This document shows positions 44,565 through 53,416 of a stretch of DNA of 64,000 nt, one piece after another. The stretch's first letter is position 1; each line of letters opens with the position of its first letter. Source of the DNA: Christensenellales bacterium. Its GTDB lineage: Bacteria > Bacillota > Clostridia > Christensenellales > Aristaeellaceae. The DNA is taken from contig JBGUQG010000143.1 of NCBI GenBank assembly GCA_045130815.1, forward strand, positions 12,049 to 76,048, in the 5' to 3' direction. The notes below the pieces were generated by a model, which was not told the origin of the DNA, ran no database searches, and worked only from the letters and a program-made list of their open reading frames with translations. Made by a program: the position numbers and the translations under genes.

Positions 44565-45416
44565 CTATCCCTTCACGCTGCCCGCGGTCAGGCCCTGGAC
44601 GAAGAACTTCTGGCAGAATATGAAGATCAGCACTACGGGAATCAATGTCAGCACCGACATGGCGAACACATAGCCCCACTGGGTAAACTGGTGCTGGCCG
44701 AAGAAGCCGGCGATGGCGATGGGCAGCGTGCGCAGGTTTGTGTCGTTGATGACGGTGTTTGCCCAGGGGTATTCCTCCCAGGCGGTGAGGAAGTTGAAGA
44801 TGCTGACGGAGGCCAGCGCCGGGGAGGCCAGCGGCAGGGCCACGCGGGTGTAGACGGTCCACACGTCCGCGCCGTCGATCCAGCAGGCCTCCATGATCTC
44901 GTTCGGGATGTTCTCCATGAACCCCTTGATCATGAAGGTGGAGAAGGGGATCACCCACGCCACATAGAAGGGGATCAGTCCCCACAGCCTGTTCACCAGC
45001 CCCAGCTTCGTCGCCAGCTCGAACTGGGGCACGATCATCGTGGTGCCGGGAATGATCATCGTGATGATGATGAAGGCGAACAGAGTCTTTGTACCCCGGT
45101 TCTTGAACCTGCCGATCACGAAGGCCATGGCCGAGGCCACCGCCGCCGCGATGAGTATGGTGGACACGGAGACAAACACTGAGTTCAGGAAGTTCAGATA
45201 GAACTTGCTCTGGCGCAGGATATAATCGTAGTTCTCCAGCGTCAGCGCCTCCGGACGCGGGAAAAAGCGGGGCGGGTATTCGTACAGCGCGCCGTTGGGC
45301 CGCAGGGACGTGGAGATCATGTAGAGCATCGGCAGCGTGAACACCACCGTGCCGATGGCCAGCAGCACGTACCGAACGATGGCCGAGCGCAGTTTGGCCG
45401 CGTTGATTTTCTTCAT
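44565..45416 (-). CDS. Sugar ABC transporter permease (MalG type)
   Basis: EAA loop IMEACWIDGADVWTVYTRVALPLASP. ATG at 45416 is preferred over GTG at 45425 on RBS spacing. Confidence 0.88.
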   Translation of the reverse strand: MKKINAAKLRSAIVRYVLLAIGTVVFTLPMLYMISTSLRPNGALYEYPPRFFPRPEALTLENYDYILRQSKFYLNFLNSVFVSVSTILIAAAVASAMAFVIGRFKNRGTKTLFAFIIITMIIPGTTMIVPQFELATKLGLVNRLWGLIPFYVAWVIPFSTFMIKGFMENIPNEIMEACWIDGADVWTVYTRVALPLASPALASVSIFNFLTAWEEYPWANTVINDTNLRTLPIAIAGFFGQHQFTQWGYVFAMSVLTLIPVVLIFIFCQKFFVQGLTAGSVKG

Positions 45417-45428
45417 TTCCCTCACCCC

Positions 45429-46313
45429 TTATGCGTCGCGGCTGCGCATCATGCGGAACTGCACGATGGCCAACAGTCCCAGCGACAGCGCCATCACGAA
45501 GCTCAGCGCCGCCGCGTAGCCGAACTGGCCCGTGCTGAACGCCTTGTAGTACATCCAGGTCAGCAGCGTGTCCGTCTGGTGGGCGGGCTTGCCGCCGGTG
45601 ATCATCTTGATGGACGTAAATACGTTGAAGCCGCCGATGGTCAGCTCGATCAGGGCGAACAGTATCGTGCCCCTGATGCCCGGCAGCGTCACGTAGACAA
45701 ACTTCTTCCACGCGCCGCAGCCGTCGATGTCCGCCGCCTCGTACAGGTCCTTCGGCACCTGCTGGAGCGCCGCCAGGAAGATCACCATGTTCCAGCCGAT
45801 GCCCTTCCAGATGCCCAGGATCATGGCCACGGTCAGACCGCTCCAGCGGGTGTCCAGCCAGCGGATGTTGCCGGAGGTGACGCCCAGCACCTTCCACAGG
45901 AAATAGTTGAGCAGGCCTTCGGTGTTGAAGATGTAGCGGAACACCAGCGAGGCGATGACCCAGGAGGTCACCACTGGAAGGTAGTTGATGACCCGGAAGG
46001 TGACGGAAAAGCGCTTGATGCCGTTCAGCAGCACGGCGACGAACAGCCCGATGGCCATCTGCCCCGGCACGGTGACGAGGGTGTAGACCACGCTGTTGAC
46101 GAACACCGTCCAAAAGGTGCCGTCGGCAAAGACCTCCCGGTAGTTCGTCAGCCCCGCGAAGGGCTGGGTGAGCATGGAGGAAAAGCCCATGTCGCACAGG
46201 CTCATCCAGAACAGGCGCACGATGGGGTACACCGTGAACAGGCCGAACACGATGAGCCCCGGCAGCAGCAGCGCGATGAGCTGCGCCCGGTTGAGGCGGG
46301 ACTTTTGGATCAT
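45429..46313 (-). CDS. Sugar ABC transporter permease (MalF type)
   Basis: EAA loop LYEAADIDGCGAWKKFVYVTLPGIRG. AAGGAGG RBS upstream of the ATG at 46313. Confidence 0.88.
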   Translation of the reverse strand: MIQKSRLNRAQLIALLLPGLIVFGLFTVYPIVRLFWMSLCDMGFSSMLTQPFAGLTNYREVFADGTFWTVFVNSVVYTLVTVPGQMAIGLFVAVLLNGIKRFSVTFRVINYLPVVTSWVIASLVFRYIFNTEGLLNYFLWKVLGVTSGNIRWLDTRWSGLTVAMILGIWKGIGWNMVIFLAALQQVPKDLYEAADIDGCGAWKKFVYVTLPGIRGTILFALIELTIGGFNVFTSIKMITGGKPAHQTDTLLTWMYYKAFSTGQFGYAAALSFVMALSLGLLAIVQFRMMRSRDA

Positions 46314-46363
46314 GATGGTTTCCTCCTTTGCCTTATGACGGGGGCAGTTCATGGACAGGGGAC

Positions 46364-46477
46364 CAGATTGCCACGTCGTCCCCTTTGGGGACTCCTCGCA
46401 ATGACGTATCGTGAAACGGAGCGTATTCTGTCATTGCGAGGAGGCTGAGGCACAGCCGAAGCCGACGTGGCAATCTG
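46364..46477. repeat. Nested palindromic intergenic element (REP/MITE-like, GTCATTGCGAGG family)
   Basis: Outer arms CAGATTGCCACGTCG (46364-46378) and CGACGTGGCAATCTG (46463-46477) are perfectly complementary. Inner arms CCTCGCAATGAC (46394-46405) and GTCATTGCGAGG (46430-46441) are also perfect. It lies between the binding-protein and permease genes of one operon. Confidence 0.75.
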
Positions 46478-46488
46478 GGAATCTCAGG

Positions 46489-47733
46489 TTATTTCAGCAG
46501 CGCGTCCCATTCGGCGGCCAGCGCGTCCAGGGCCTCCTGGGCAGTCTTTTCGCCGCTGACCACGGCGGTCAGGGCCACCTGCAGGCCGTTGTCCATCTCG
46601 CTCCAGGCGGCGACGGTGGGCCGGGCCTTCGCGGTCTGTATGGCCTCGATGAAGGGCGCGTAATCGGCGCTCTTCACGGTGTCGCTCTCCAGCGCCGCCA
46701 CGTTTACCGGAATCTGGCCGCACTTGGCCATCTCCGTCTCGGCAAATTCGCCGGTCATGAACTGCATGAACTTCCAGGCTGCTTCCTGGTTGGCGGTGTT
46801 GAACATGGCGATGTCCTCGCCGCCCAGCACGGAGACGCTGCCGCCTTCGCCGGCGGGAATGGGCGCGGTGCCATAGGCCACGTCGGGATAGGCGCCGGCC
46901 AGCTCCGCGGACTTCCAGGGACCCTCCAGCATCATGGCGTAGCGCCCGGTGCCGAAGCCGTCGGTCATGGGGATGTCGCCGGCGTTGAAGCCGGTGATCG
47001 CGCCGGACTGTACCAGTTCCGCGAAGGTTTCCACGGCCTTCACGGTGGCGGGGCCGTTGACGTAGCCGGTGGCCACGGTCTGGTCCTCGTCGGTCAGCGC
47101 GCCGCCGAAGCTCCAGATGAAGGGGCAGATGTTCCAGCCGGCCAGGGCGGGCTCGTTCCAGCCCCAAACCTGCTGGCCGTTCCCGTTCTCGCCGGAGAGG
47201 GCCTTCACGGCCTCCACCCACTCGTCCATCGTGGTGGGAACGGCGACGTTCGCGGCCTCCAGCATGGCGGTGTTGTAGAACACGATCTTGCTGTTGGTGT
47301 TCAGGGCAAGGCCATAGTAGTGGCCGCCGATCCGGGCGGTGGACATGGCGCTGTCCAGCAGTTGTCCGCTGACCACGTCAAAATCGGGCATCTCCTCGTC
47401 CAGGGCCACCAGGATGCCCATCTGCTGGAACTCCGGCAGCCAGGCGATGTCGCAGCGCGCCACGTCCGGCAGGGCGTTGGAATTGGCGCTGACCAGCACC
47501 TTGTCGTGCAGCTCGGCCCATTCGTGGGACACGGCGTTGACCTTGATGCCGGGGTTCTCCGCCTCGAAGGCGGGGATCAGCACGTTCATCAGCGTCTCGT
47601 TCTCGGCGGACTGGGCGCTGTAGTGGTGCCAGAAGTTGATGGTCACGGTCTCGCCTTCAGCCAGTGCCGCGCAGGCTGAAAACAGCAGCGTGCAGGCCAG
47701 TACCACGGCGAGAAGCTTCCTAAGGGTACTCAT
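46489..47733 (-). CDS. Sugar (maltodextrin-type) ABC transporter substrate-binding lipoprotein
   Basis: Signal/lipobox MSTLRKLLAVVLACTLLFSAC. Family-1 solute-binding-protein features. AGGAGG RBS. The track ORF extension to 48126 is rejected. Confidence 0.88.
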   Translation of the reverse strand: MSTLRKLLAVVLACTLLFSACAALAEGETVTINFWHHYSAQSAENETLMNVLIPAFEAENPGIKVNAVSHEWAELHDKVLVSANSNALPDVARCDIAWLPEFQQMGILVALDEEMPDFDVVSGQLLDSAMSTARIGGHYYGLALNTNSKIVFYNTAMLEAANVAVPTTMDEWVEAVKALSGENGNGQQVWGWNEPALAGWNICPFIWSFGGALTDEDQTVATGYVNGPATVKAVETFAELVQSGAITGFNAGDIPMTDGFGTGRYAMMLEGPWKSAELAGAYPDVAYGTAPIPAGEGGSVSVLGGEDIAMFNTANQEAAWKFMQFMTGEFAETEMAKCGQIPVNVAALESDTVKSADYAPFIEAIQTAKARPTVAAWSEMDNGLQVALTAVVSGEKTAQEALDALAAEWDALLK

Positions 47734-47747
47734 GTCTATTCCTCCTG

Positions 47748-49409
47748 TTATACTTCTATGATCTTTACGGAGCGCGGCGGAATGTGCACGGTTTCCCCCG
47801 TCTCCGCGAAGTCCAAATGTTCGGGTGTGCCCGAGGCATTGAAGAATGCCGCCACGCGATCGTCGCCCAGCTTCCGCTCGAAGGCGAACAGCCCACCCTT
47901 CGCTGCCAGCGCACGATAGCTTCCCAACCGCAGCGCCGGATGCCGCTTGCGCAGCCATATCATGTCCTTTTGCCATTGGAGCAGCTCTGTATCCTGATGA
48001 CCCCAGGCCATGCCGCCCCTGCAGCCGGGGTCGTTCTCGCCCGTCATGCCGATCTCGTCGCCGTAGTAGACGGCAGGCGCGCCGGGAAACAGCATCTGGA
48101 AGGCCATCGCCAGCCTCAGCCGCCACCTTTCGCCCCTGGCCTCCGTCAGGAAGCGTGCGGTGTCGTGGCTGCCGATCAGGTTGTACTGGGCGTGGTTGAT
48201 CTCCTTCGGATAGCGCATCAGCATGCCGTCGAGGCGCGTTTTCAGGGCTACGGCGTCGATTGAGTCATGGGCAAAGAAGTCCACCATCGCGTCCCGGAAC
48301 AGGTAGTTCATGGCGCTGTCGAAGCCGTCCGGCCCCAACAGCCGCGAGGCGTCGCCCCAGGTTTCCACGAGCAGCAGCGCGTCCGGATAAGTCCGCTTGA
48401 TTGCCTCGCGCCAGCGCGTCACCGCGTGGCGGTCCAGCTCGTCGGCCACGTCGAAGCGCCAGCCGTCGATGTGAGCGCGCTCCAGCCAGTACAGCAGCAC
48501 CTTCTCCACATAGTCCCGCACCGCCGGGTTCGCGCCGTTCAGCCGGGGCATGTAGGGATAGTCGCCCACGCACTCGTAGCATTTTGCGTCGATTTCGATG
48601 GGATACTTTTTGGGATAGAACCAATCCCGGAAGCGGCTTGCTTCGCCGTTTTCCAGCAGATCCACAAACGGCGGGAAGTGGCTGCCGCAGTGGTTGAACA
48701 CGCCGTCCAGGATCACCCGGATGCCCAGTGAATGAGCCTTCTCAACCAATTCGATCAGGTCGGCTTCCGTGCCAAACGTGGGGTCGACCTTGAAGTAGTC
48801 CGTGGTGGCGTATTTGTGGTTGAAGTCCCCCTCGAAGATCGGGTTCAGGTAGAGGCACTCCACCCCCAATTCCGAGAGGTAAGGGAGCTTTTCGAGGATG
48901 CCCCGCAGGTTCCCGCCGAGGAAGTTCTCCCGGGTCGGCTCGGCGTCCCAGGGGTCAAGGCCATCACAGGCCGGGCCGGTCTTATGGAATCGCTCCGGAA
49001 AGATCTGGTAGAAGATACAGCCCTTCGCCCAGTCCGGCACGGACAGCACGTCCGTCGCGTTGACCTGCAGCAGCTCGAAGCTGCCGGACGAGCTGAACCC
49101 GACCTCTATGCCATATGAATTGAGCCATGTCTGTTTCCCATCGCTGTCCGTCAGGCAAAAGGCATATTTGATGTAGTGGATCTCCTCCGAAAAGGACACC
49201 TCCGCCTGCCACTGCTCCACCGCGCCGTCGTTCAGGCCCCTCGACAGGCTGGCGCGGCGCTTTTCCTCCGGCCGGGAGCGCTTCCACCAGACCAGTTCGC
49301 AGGCAAGGAGATCGCCCGCGGCCGCCTCCAGCATAAACCGCGCTTCATCACGTGCAAGCGGTTGCACAAAGGGGTAAAAAGAAAGGTGCCTCACGGCAGA
49401 TGCGTTCAT
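47748..49409 (-). CDS. GH13 alpha-glycosidase (neopullulanase/cyclomaltodextrinase-like)
   Basis: GH13 regions DGVFNHCG, GWRFDVADEL, LLVETWG and IGSHDTARF, plus the N-terminal domain typical of this subfamily. Confidence 0.9.
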   Translation of the reverse strand: MNASAVRHLSFYPFVQPLARDEARFMLEAAAGDLLACELVWWKRSRPEEKRRASLSRGLNDGAVEQWQAEVSFSEEIHYIKYAFCLTDSDGKQTWLNSYGIEVGFSSSGSFELLQVNATDVLSVPDWAKGCIFYQIFPERFHKTGPACDGLDPWDAEPTRENFLGGNLRGILEKLPYLSELGVECLYLNPIFEGDFNHKYATTDYFKVDPTFGTEADLIELVEKAHSLGIRVILDGVFNHCGSHFPPFVDLLENGEASRFRDWFYPKKYPIEIDAKCYECVGDYPYMPRLNGANPAVRDYVEKVLLYWLERAHIDGWRFDVADELDRHAVTRWREAIKRTYPDALLLVETWGDASRLLGPDGFDSAMNYLFRDAMVDFFAHDSIDAVALKTRLDGMLMRYPKEINHAQYNLIGSHDTARFLTEARGERWRLRLAMAFQMLFPGAPAVYYGDEIGMTGENDPGCRGGMAWGHQDTELLQWQKDMIWLRKRHPALRLGSYRALAAKGGLFAFERKLGDDRVAAFFNASGTPEHLDFAETGETVHIPPRSVKIIEV

Positions 49410-50402
49410 TTATCTCGCCTTCCTCTCCGTAGAAGCTCGCTTCACCAGGGTCGTGGACAGCATGATCTGCTGGTTGCCCGCCTTGTTTTCGATTCGGCGG
49501 AACAGCAGCTGGGCGGTCTGCTCGCCCAGCATGGCGGTGTCGATGTCGATGATCGTCAGCTGCGGGTCGGTATACTCCGCCAGCGGGTAATTGTCGAACG
49601 CCACGATGCCCACGTCATTGGGCACATCGAGCTTCAATGCCCTGCAGGCCTTCAGCAGCCCGAAGGCGGCCAGGTTGTCGTTGCACACGAAGGCGTCCGG
49701 ACGCTCCGGCTGTCTGAGGGCCTCCATGGCGACGGCATATGCGTTTTCCGAGGTGCCATCGGTGGCGAGGATCGTCTCCCGCCCGGCGTTCGCCCGCTGG
49801 TAGCCCTTCACGCGGCGCTTGGTAAAGCCCCGCTTCTGGTAGCCGCCCAGATAGGCGATATTGCTGTATGCCATCTCCTGCAGGTGCCTGACGGCCATCT
49901 CCGCGCCCTGCTCGTTGTTGTTGTCCACCCAGCTGGTGTCCCCGCGCAGGGTGTCCGGCGTGCCCAGCACCACATAGGGAAAGTCCCCGATGGCCTCCAT
50001 CAGGGCGGGCTTGACCGTAGTGGGGGGCAGAATCAGTCCGTCTACCTTGTGCTCCTTCATCAGGGTTTCGATGTTGCCGCCCTTGCTCTGGGCGCCGTTG
50101 GCGATGATGACTTGATAGCCCCTGGCCTGGGCCACCTTCTCGATGGCGAACAGGCTGCGGCTAAAGAACCAGTTGCTGAACGCCTCGGCGTCCCGGGCGT
50201 CCACCACCACGCCGATGACCCCGCTCAGGCCGCTGGCCAGGCTGCGTGCCAGGGAATTTGGATGGTAGTCCAATTCCCGCATGGCGGCGTAGACCCGCTC
50301 CTTCGTGTCGGGCGTGATGGTCGCCTTGCCGTTGATCACGCGGGAGACCGTGGAGGAATTGACGCCGGCCAGCTTCGCCACGTCATGGATCGTCACCGCC
50401 AT
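49410..50402 (-). CDS. LacI-family transcriptional regulator
   Basis: HTH VTIHDVAKLAGVNSSTVSRVINGK plus a periplasmic-binding-protein-like sugar-binding core. Its stop abuts the GH13 start. Confidence 0.9.
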   Translation of the reverse strand: MAVTIHDVAKLAGVNSSTVSRVINGKATITPDTKERVYAAMRELDYHPNSLARSLASGLSGVIGVVVDARDAEAFSNWFFSRSLFAIEKVAQARGYQVIIANGAQSKGGNIETLMKEHKVDGLILPPTTVKPALMEAIGDFPYVVLGTPDTLRGDTSWVDNNNEQGAEMAVRHLQEMAYSNIAYLGGYQKRGFTKRRVKGYQRANAGRETILATDGTSENAYAVAMEALRQPERPDAFVCNDNLAAFGLLKACRALKLDVPNDVGIVAFDNYPLAEYTDPQLTIIDIDTAMLGEQTAQLLFRRIENKAGNQQIMLSTTLVKRASTERKAR

Positions 50403-50427
50403 GCGCCCACCTCCCTGCCAGGAATCA

Positions 50428-50441
50428 TGCAACCGTTTGCA
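50428..50441. promoter_or_regulatory. LacI/CcpA-type operator (cre-like palindrome TGCAACCGTTTGCA)
   Basis: It fits TGNAANCGNTTNCA and lies between the -10 box and the lacI-family start codon. Confidence 0.6.
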
Positions 50442-50446
50442 TATTC

Positions 50447-50475
50447 ATTATAATGCCAAAGATCCCGTTTGTCAA
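50447..50475 (-). promoter_or_regulatory. Consensus sigma-A promoter (TTGACA, 17-nt spacer, TATAAT) of the LacI-GH13-ABC operon
   Basis: Minus strand: TTGACA (50475-50470), 17-nt spacer, TATAAT (50452-50447). Confidence 0.7.
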
Positions 50476-50538
50476 CTCCTTTTTCTGCGATTTATCCGGT
50501 CAAATTAATCCACTCACATTGCAATTTCAGCGCGCTTC

Positions 50539-50547
50539 TGCTATAAT
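50539..50547 (+). promoter_or_regulatory. Extended -10 promoter box TGCTATAAT
   Basis: TCTGCTATAAT lies 47 nt upstream of the ATG at 50594. Confidence 0.5.
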
Positions 50548-50593
50548 TGATATTTGGTGAAAAACGGAAATACGCTCGATTCAGGTGAACGCC

Positions 50594-53410
50594 ATGAAGA
50601 AGACTGTCCTCCTATTGATACTGCTCCTGGGCCTTGCCTGCGCCGCGGCGGCAGCGGACGGCAAGGACCTCTATATCGACGGGAACGTGCAAAAGCTGTT
50701 CACCTCGGAGGACGGGCTGCTGTCCACCAGCACCCAGGCCGTGGCCCAGACCAGCGAGGGCTTCATCTGGATCGGCGGTTACGGCGGTCTGGTGCGCTAT
50801 GACGGCAAGAGGTGCGAAACGCCGGCAGGCACCTACAAGCGCATCACCCGCGTGTCGGACCTGCAGGCCGGGCAGGACGGCGAGCTGTGGATTGCCACGT
50901 CGGACAAGGGCCTGTTCCACTATCGGGACGGAGAGTTCAGCTCCGTGCCCACGCTCGAGGGCGAGCCGGTGCTGGACGCCGTGTGCCTGGACGCCGCGCC
51001 GGACGGAACACTGTACATGGGCACCGGCTCCGGCCTGTGCGCGGTGACGGAGGCGGGCATCCGGCGGCTGGACATCCCGGAGCTGAATGGCCTGTATATA
51101 CACCGGCTGGTGTGCGCGAAGGCGGGGGCGGTGCTGTGCGTCACCCGCGAGGGCGGGCTGTGCGCCTGGGACGGCAAGGCGCTGCGCCAGGCGGACCTGC
51201 GTAACTGGTCGCTGCGCTGCGTGTGCGAAAACCCCGCGGGCGGCTACCTGGCCGGGACCACCGGCGACGAGGTGCTCGCCCTGGATGATAGCCTGAACGT
51301 CACCGGCACGACGGTGATGGAGGGTCTCAACAACATCAACGACCTGCACTGCGAGGAAAGCGGCGCGCTGTGGCTGTGCGCCGACAACGGCGTCGCCATC
51401 CACTCGGCGGGCGGTCTGCGGATGCAAAACCTGAGGATGGACAATTCCGTGGACGAGATGCTGGTGGACGTGGAGGGAAACTACTGGTTCGTGTCCTCCC
51501 GCCAGGGCGTGCTCAAGGTGTCCCGCAGCCAGTTCGTGGATGTCAGCCGCTGCGCCGGGCTGGATTCGATGGTGGTCAACGCCATCCAGCGCCTGGGCGA
51601 CACGCTGTACATCGGCCACGACACCGGCCTGGCGGCGCTGAGCGCCACCGACTACAAGCAGCTGGAGATCTCGCCGATCACCGCGGCGCTGAAGGGCGTG
51701 CGCGTGCGCGCGCTGCTGTCCGGCGACGACGGCAGCCTGTGGGTGGGCACCATGAAGCGGGGCCTGCTGCGCTATGGGCCCGACGGCGAAATCACCCGCT
51801 ATACCACCGCGGATTATCCCCAGCTGCGCTCCGACAACTTCCGCACCATCACCCCGGTGCCGGGCGGCGTGCTGACGGGCACCGACAACGGGGCCTACTT
51901 CGTAAACGAAGACGGGGTCCGAAGCGTGTCGAACGACCCCGGAGCCCTGGCCTTCCGCATACTCAGCGCCGTGCAGTTCGGCGACACCGTGTACCTGGGC
52001 TCCGACGGCAACGGGCTGTACCTGTTGAAGGATGGCGAGATCGTCAGCCACATCACCACCGAGGACGGCCTGAGCTCCAACGTGATCATGAAGGAATACC
52101 GGAGCGACGCCTTTGACGGCCTGTGGCTGGTCACCGGCAACGACATCGACTTCCTGGCCCAAAGCGGCGACATCACCTCCATCTCCGGCTTCCCCTCCAC
52201 CAACAATTTGGATCTTTGGGTGCTGGACAACGGCGACGCCTGGGTTTTCACCGGCAGCGGCGTCTACCAGACCACCGAGGCCTCGCTTTTGAAGGACGAA
52301 GCCCCCCGCTACCAGCAGTACCGGCGCATGGACGGCCTGCCCTACGAGGTGACGCCCAACTCCTACGCCTGCCTGACGGATGGCGCGCTGATGGTGTGCG
52401 GCTCCGGCGGCGTGTTCAGCCTGGAGACCGACTTCGCCGAGGCGAACGCCGGCGCTTACCCGCTGGTGGTGGACAGCCTGCAGGCCGACGGCGTCACCGT
52501 CCGCCCGGACGGCGAGGGCCGCTGCGTGATCGACGGCAAGGTCAAGCGCGTGGACATCAACGCCTATGTGCTGACCTACCGCACGGGCAACCCCTATGTG
52601 TTCTACTATCTGGAGGGCTTTGACGACGACCGGACCGTCACCCGGCTGAACAGCCTGGGCGGCATCCGCTACACCAACCTGAACGGCGGCAGCTATACCT
52701 TCCACTTCGGCGTACAGGACGGCAAGACCGGCGACGTGCTGGAGGAGATCACCCTGCCCATCGTCAAGCAGCACCCCTGGTACGAAAGGCCCGCGGTCCA
52801 GCTGGCCGGCCTCTGCCTGGCGCTGGCGCTGCTGGCGCTGATCACGCTGCTGGTGATCCGCGTGCGCTCCGGCCGCATCAAGCGGGCCCTGGAGCAGGAG
52901 TATGAGCGCAAGGAAAAGCTGCACCTGACCAACATCGCCTATCGGGACTACCTGACCGGCCTGTACAACCGCAACTATCTGGACGTGTGGAACGCCCGGC
53001 AGGCCGAGGAGGGCCCGGCGAGCATCACCTTCGTGTCCGTCGACATCAACAACCTGAAGGTCATCAACGACCGCTTCAGCCACAAGGACGGCGACCAGCT
53101 GCTGTGCGAGATGGCCGGGCTGCTGAAAAAGCGCTTTGAGGGCGGGCCGTATACGGTGTTCCGCACAGGCGGCGACGAGTTTTTGATCCTGGCCCGGGGT
53201 GTGAACGGCGACGAAATGACCGCGGCCATGGAGCGCCTGGCCGAAGAGGCCGCCGCCGTGTCCGTCTGCGGCATGCCGATCACCTTCGGCTACGGCATGT
53301 GCACCCAGGCGCCGGGCGCCTTTGACTTCGAGGAGGGGCTGCACCGGTCCGATCTGCAGCTGCTGGAAAAAAAGGACCTGTTCCACGGGCGGGACAGGGG
53401 ACATGAGTAA
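50594..53410 (+). CDS. Sensor diguanylate cyclase: signal peptide, large extracytoplasmic beta-propeller (two-component regulator propeller/Y_Y_Y-like) domain, TM helix, GGDEF domain
   Basis: Signal peptide MKKTVLLLILLLGLACAAAAADG. Repeated ...LWIGT/ATxxGL... propeller-like motifs. TM segment AVQLAGLCLALALLALITLLVI. GGDEF active site RTGGDEFLIL. Confidence 0.88.
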   Translation: MKKTVLLLILLLGLACAAAAADGKDLYIDGNVQKLFTSEDGLLSTSTQAVAQTSEGFIWIGGYGGLVRYDGKRCETPAGTYKRITRVSDLQAGQDGELWIATSDKGLFHYRDGEFSSVPTLEGEPVLDAVCLDAAPDGTLYMGTGSGLCAVTEAGIRRLDIPELNGLYIHRLVCAKAGAVLCVTREGGLCAWDGKALRQADLRNWSLRCVCENPAGGYLAGTTGDEVLALDDSLNVTGTTVMEGLNNINDLHCEESGALWLCADNGVAIHSAGGLRMQNLRMDNSVDEMLVDVEGNYWFVSSRQGVLKVSRSQFVDVSRCAGLDSMVVNAIQRLGDTLYIGHDTGLAALSATDYKQLEISPITAALKGVRVRALLSGDDGSLWVGTMKRGLLRYGPDGEITRYTTADYPQLRSDNFRTITPVPGGVLTGTDNGAYFVNEDGVRSVSNDPGALAFRILSAVQFGDTVYLGSDGNGLYLLKDGEIVSHITTEDGLSSNVIMKEYRSDAFDGLWLVTGNDIDFLAQSGDITSISGFPSTNNLDLWVLDNGDAWVFTGSGVYQTTEASLLKDEAPRYQQYRRMDGLPYEVTPNSYACLTDGALMVCGSGGVFSLETDFAEANAGAYPLVVDSLQADGVTVRPDGEGRCVIDGKVKRVDINAYVLTYRTGNPYVFYYLEGFDDDRTVTRLNSLGGIRYTNLNGGSYTFHFGVQDGKTGDVLEEITLPIVKQHPWYERPAVQLAGLCLALALLALITLLVIRVRSGRIKRALEQEYERKEKLHLTNIAYRDYLTGLYNRNYLDVWNARQAEEGPASITFVSVDINNLKVINDRFSHKDGDQLLCEMAGLLKKRFEGGPYTVFRTGGDEFLILARGVNGDEMTAAMERLAEEAAAVSVCGMPITFGYGMCTQAPGAFDFEEGLHRSDLQLLEKKDLFHGRDRGHE

Positions 53411-53416
53411 TGCGCC

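Noticed and set aside
44507-45182. Remainder of the 283-aa plus-strand ORF 44331-45182
   Set aside because: Beyond the terminator it is antisense to a clear MalG-type permease gene. Only the first 60 or so codons are discussed, as a possible relic.
46411-47679. 422-aa plus-strand ORF beginning inside the palindromic element
   Set aside because: It is antisense to the solute-binding-protein gene. Its N-terminus (..CHCEEAEAQPKPTWQS..) is the translated repeat element, a common source of false hypothetical proteins.
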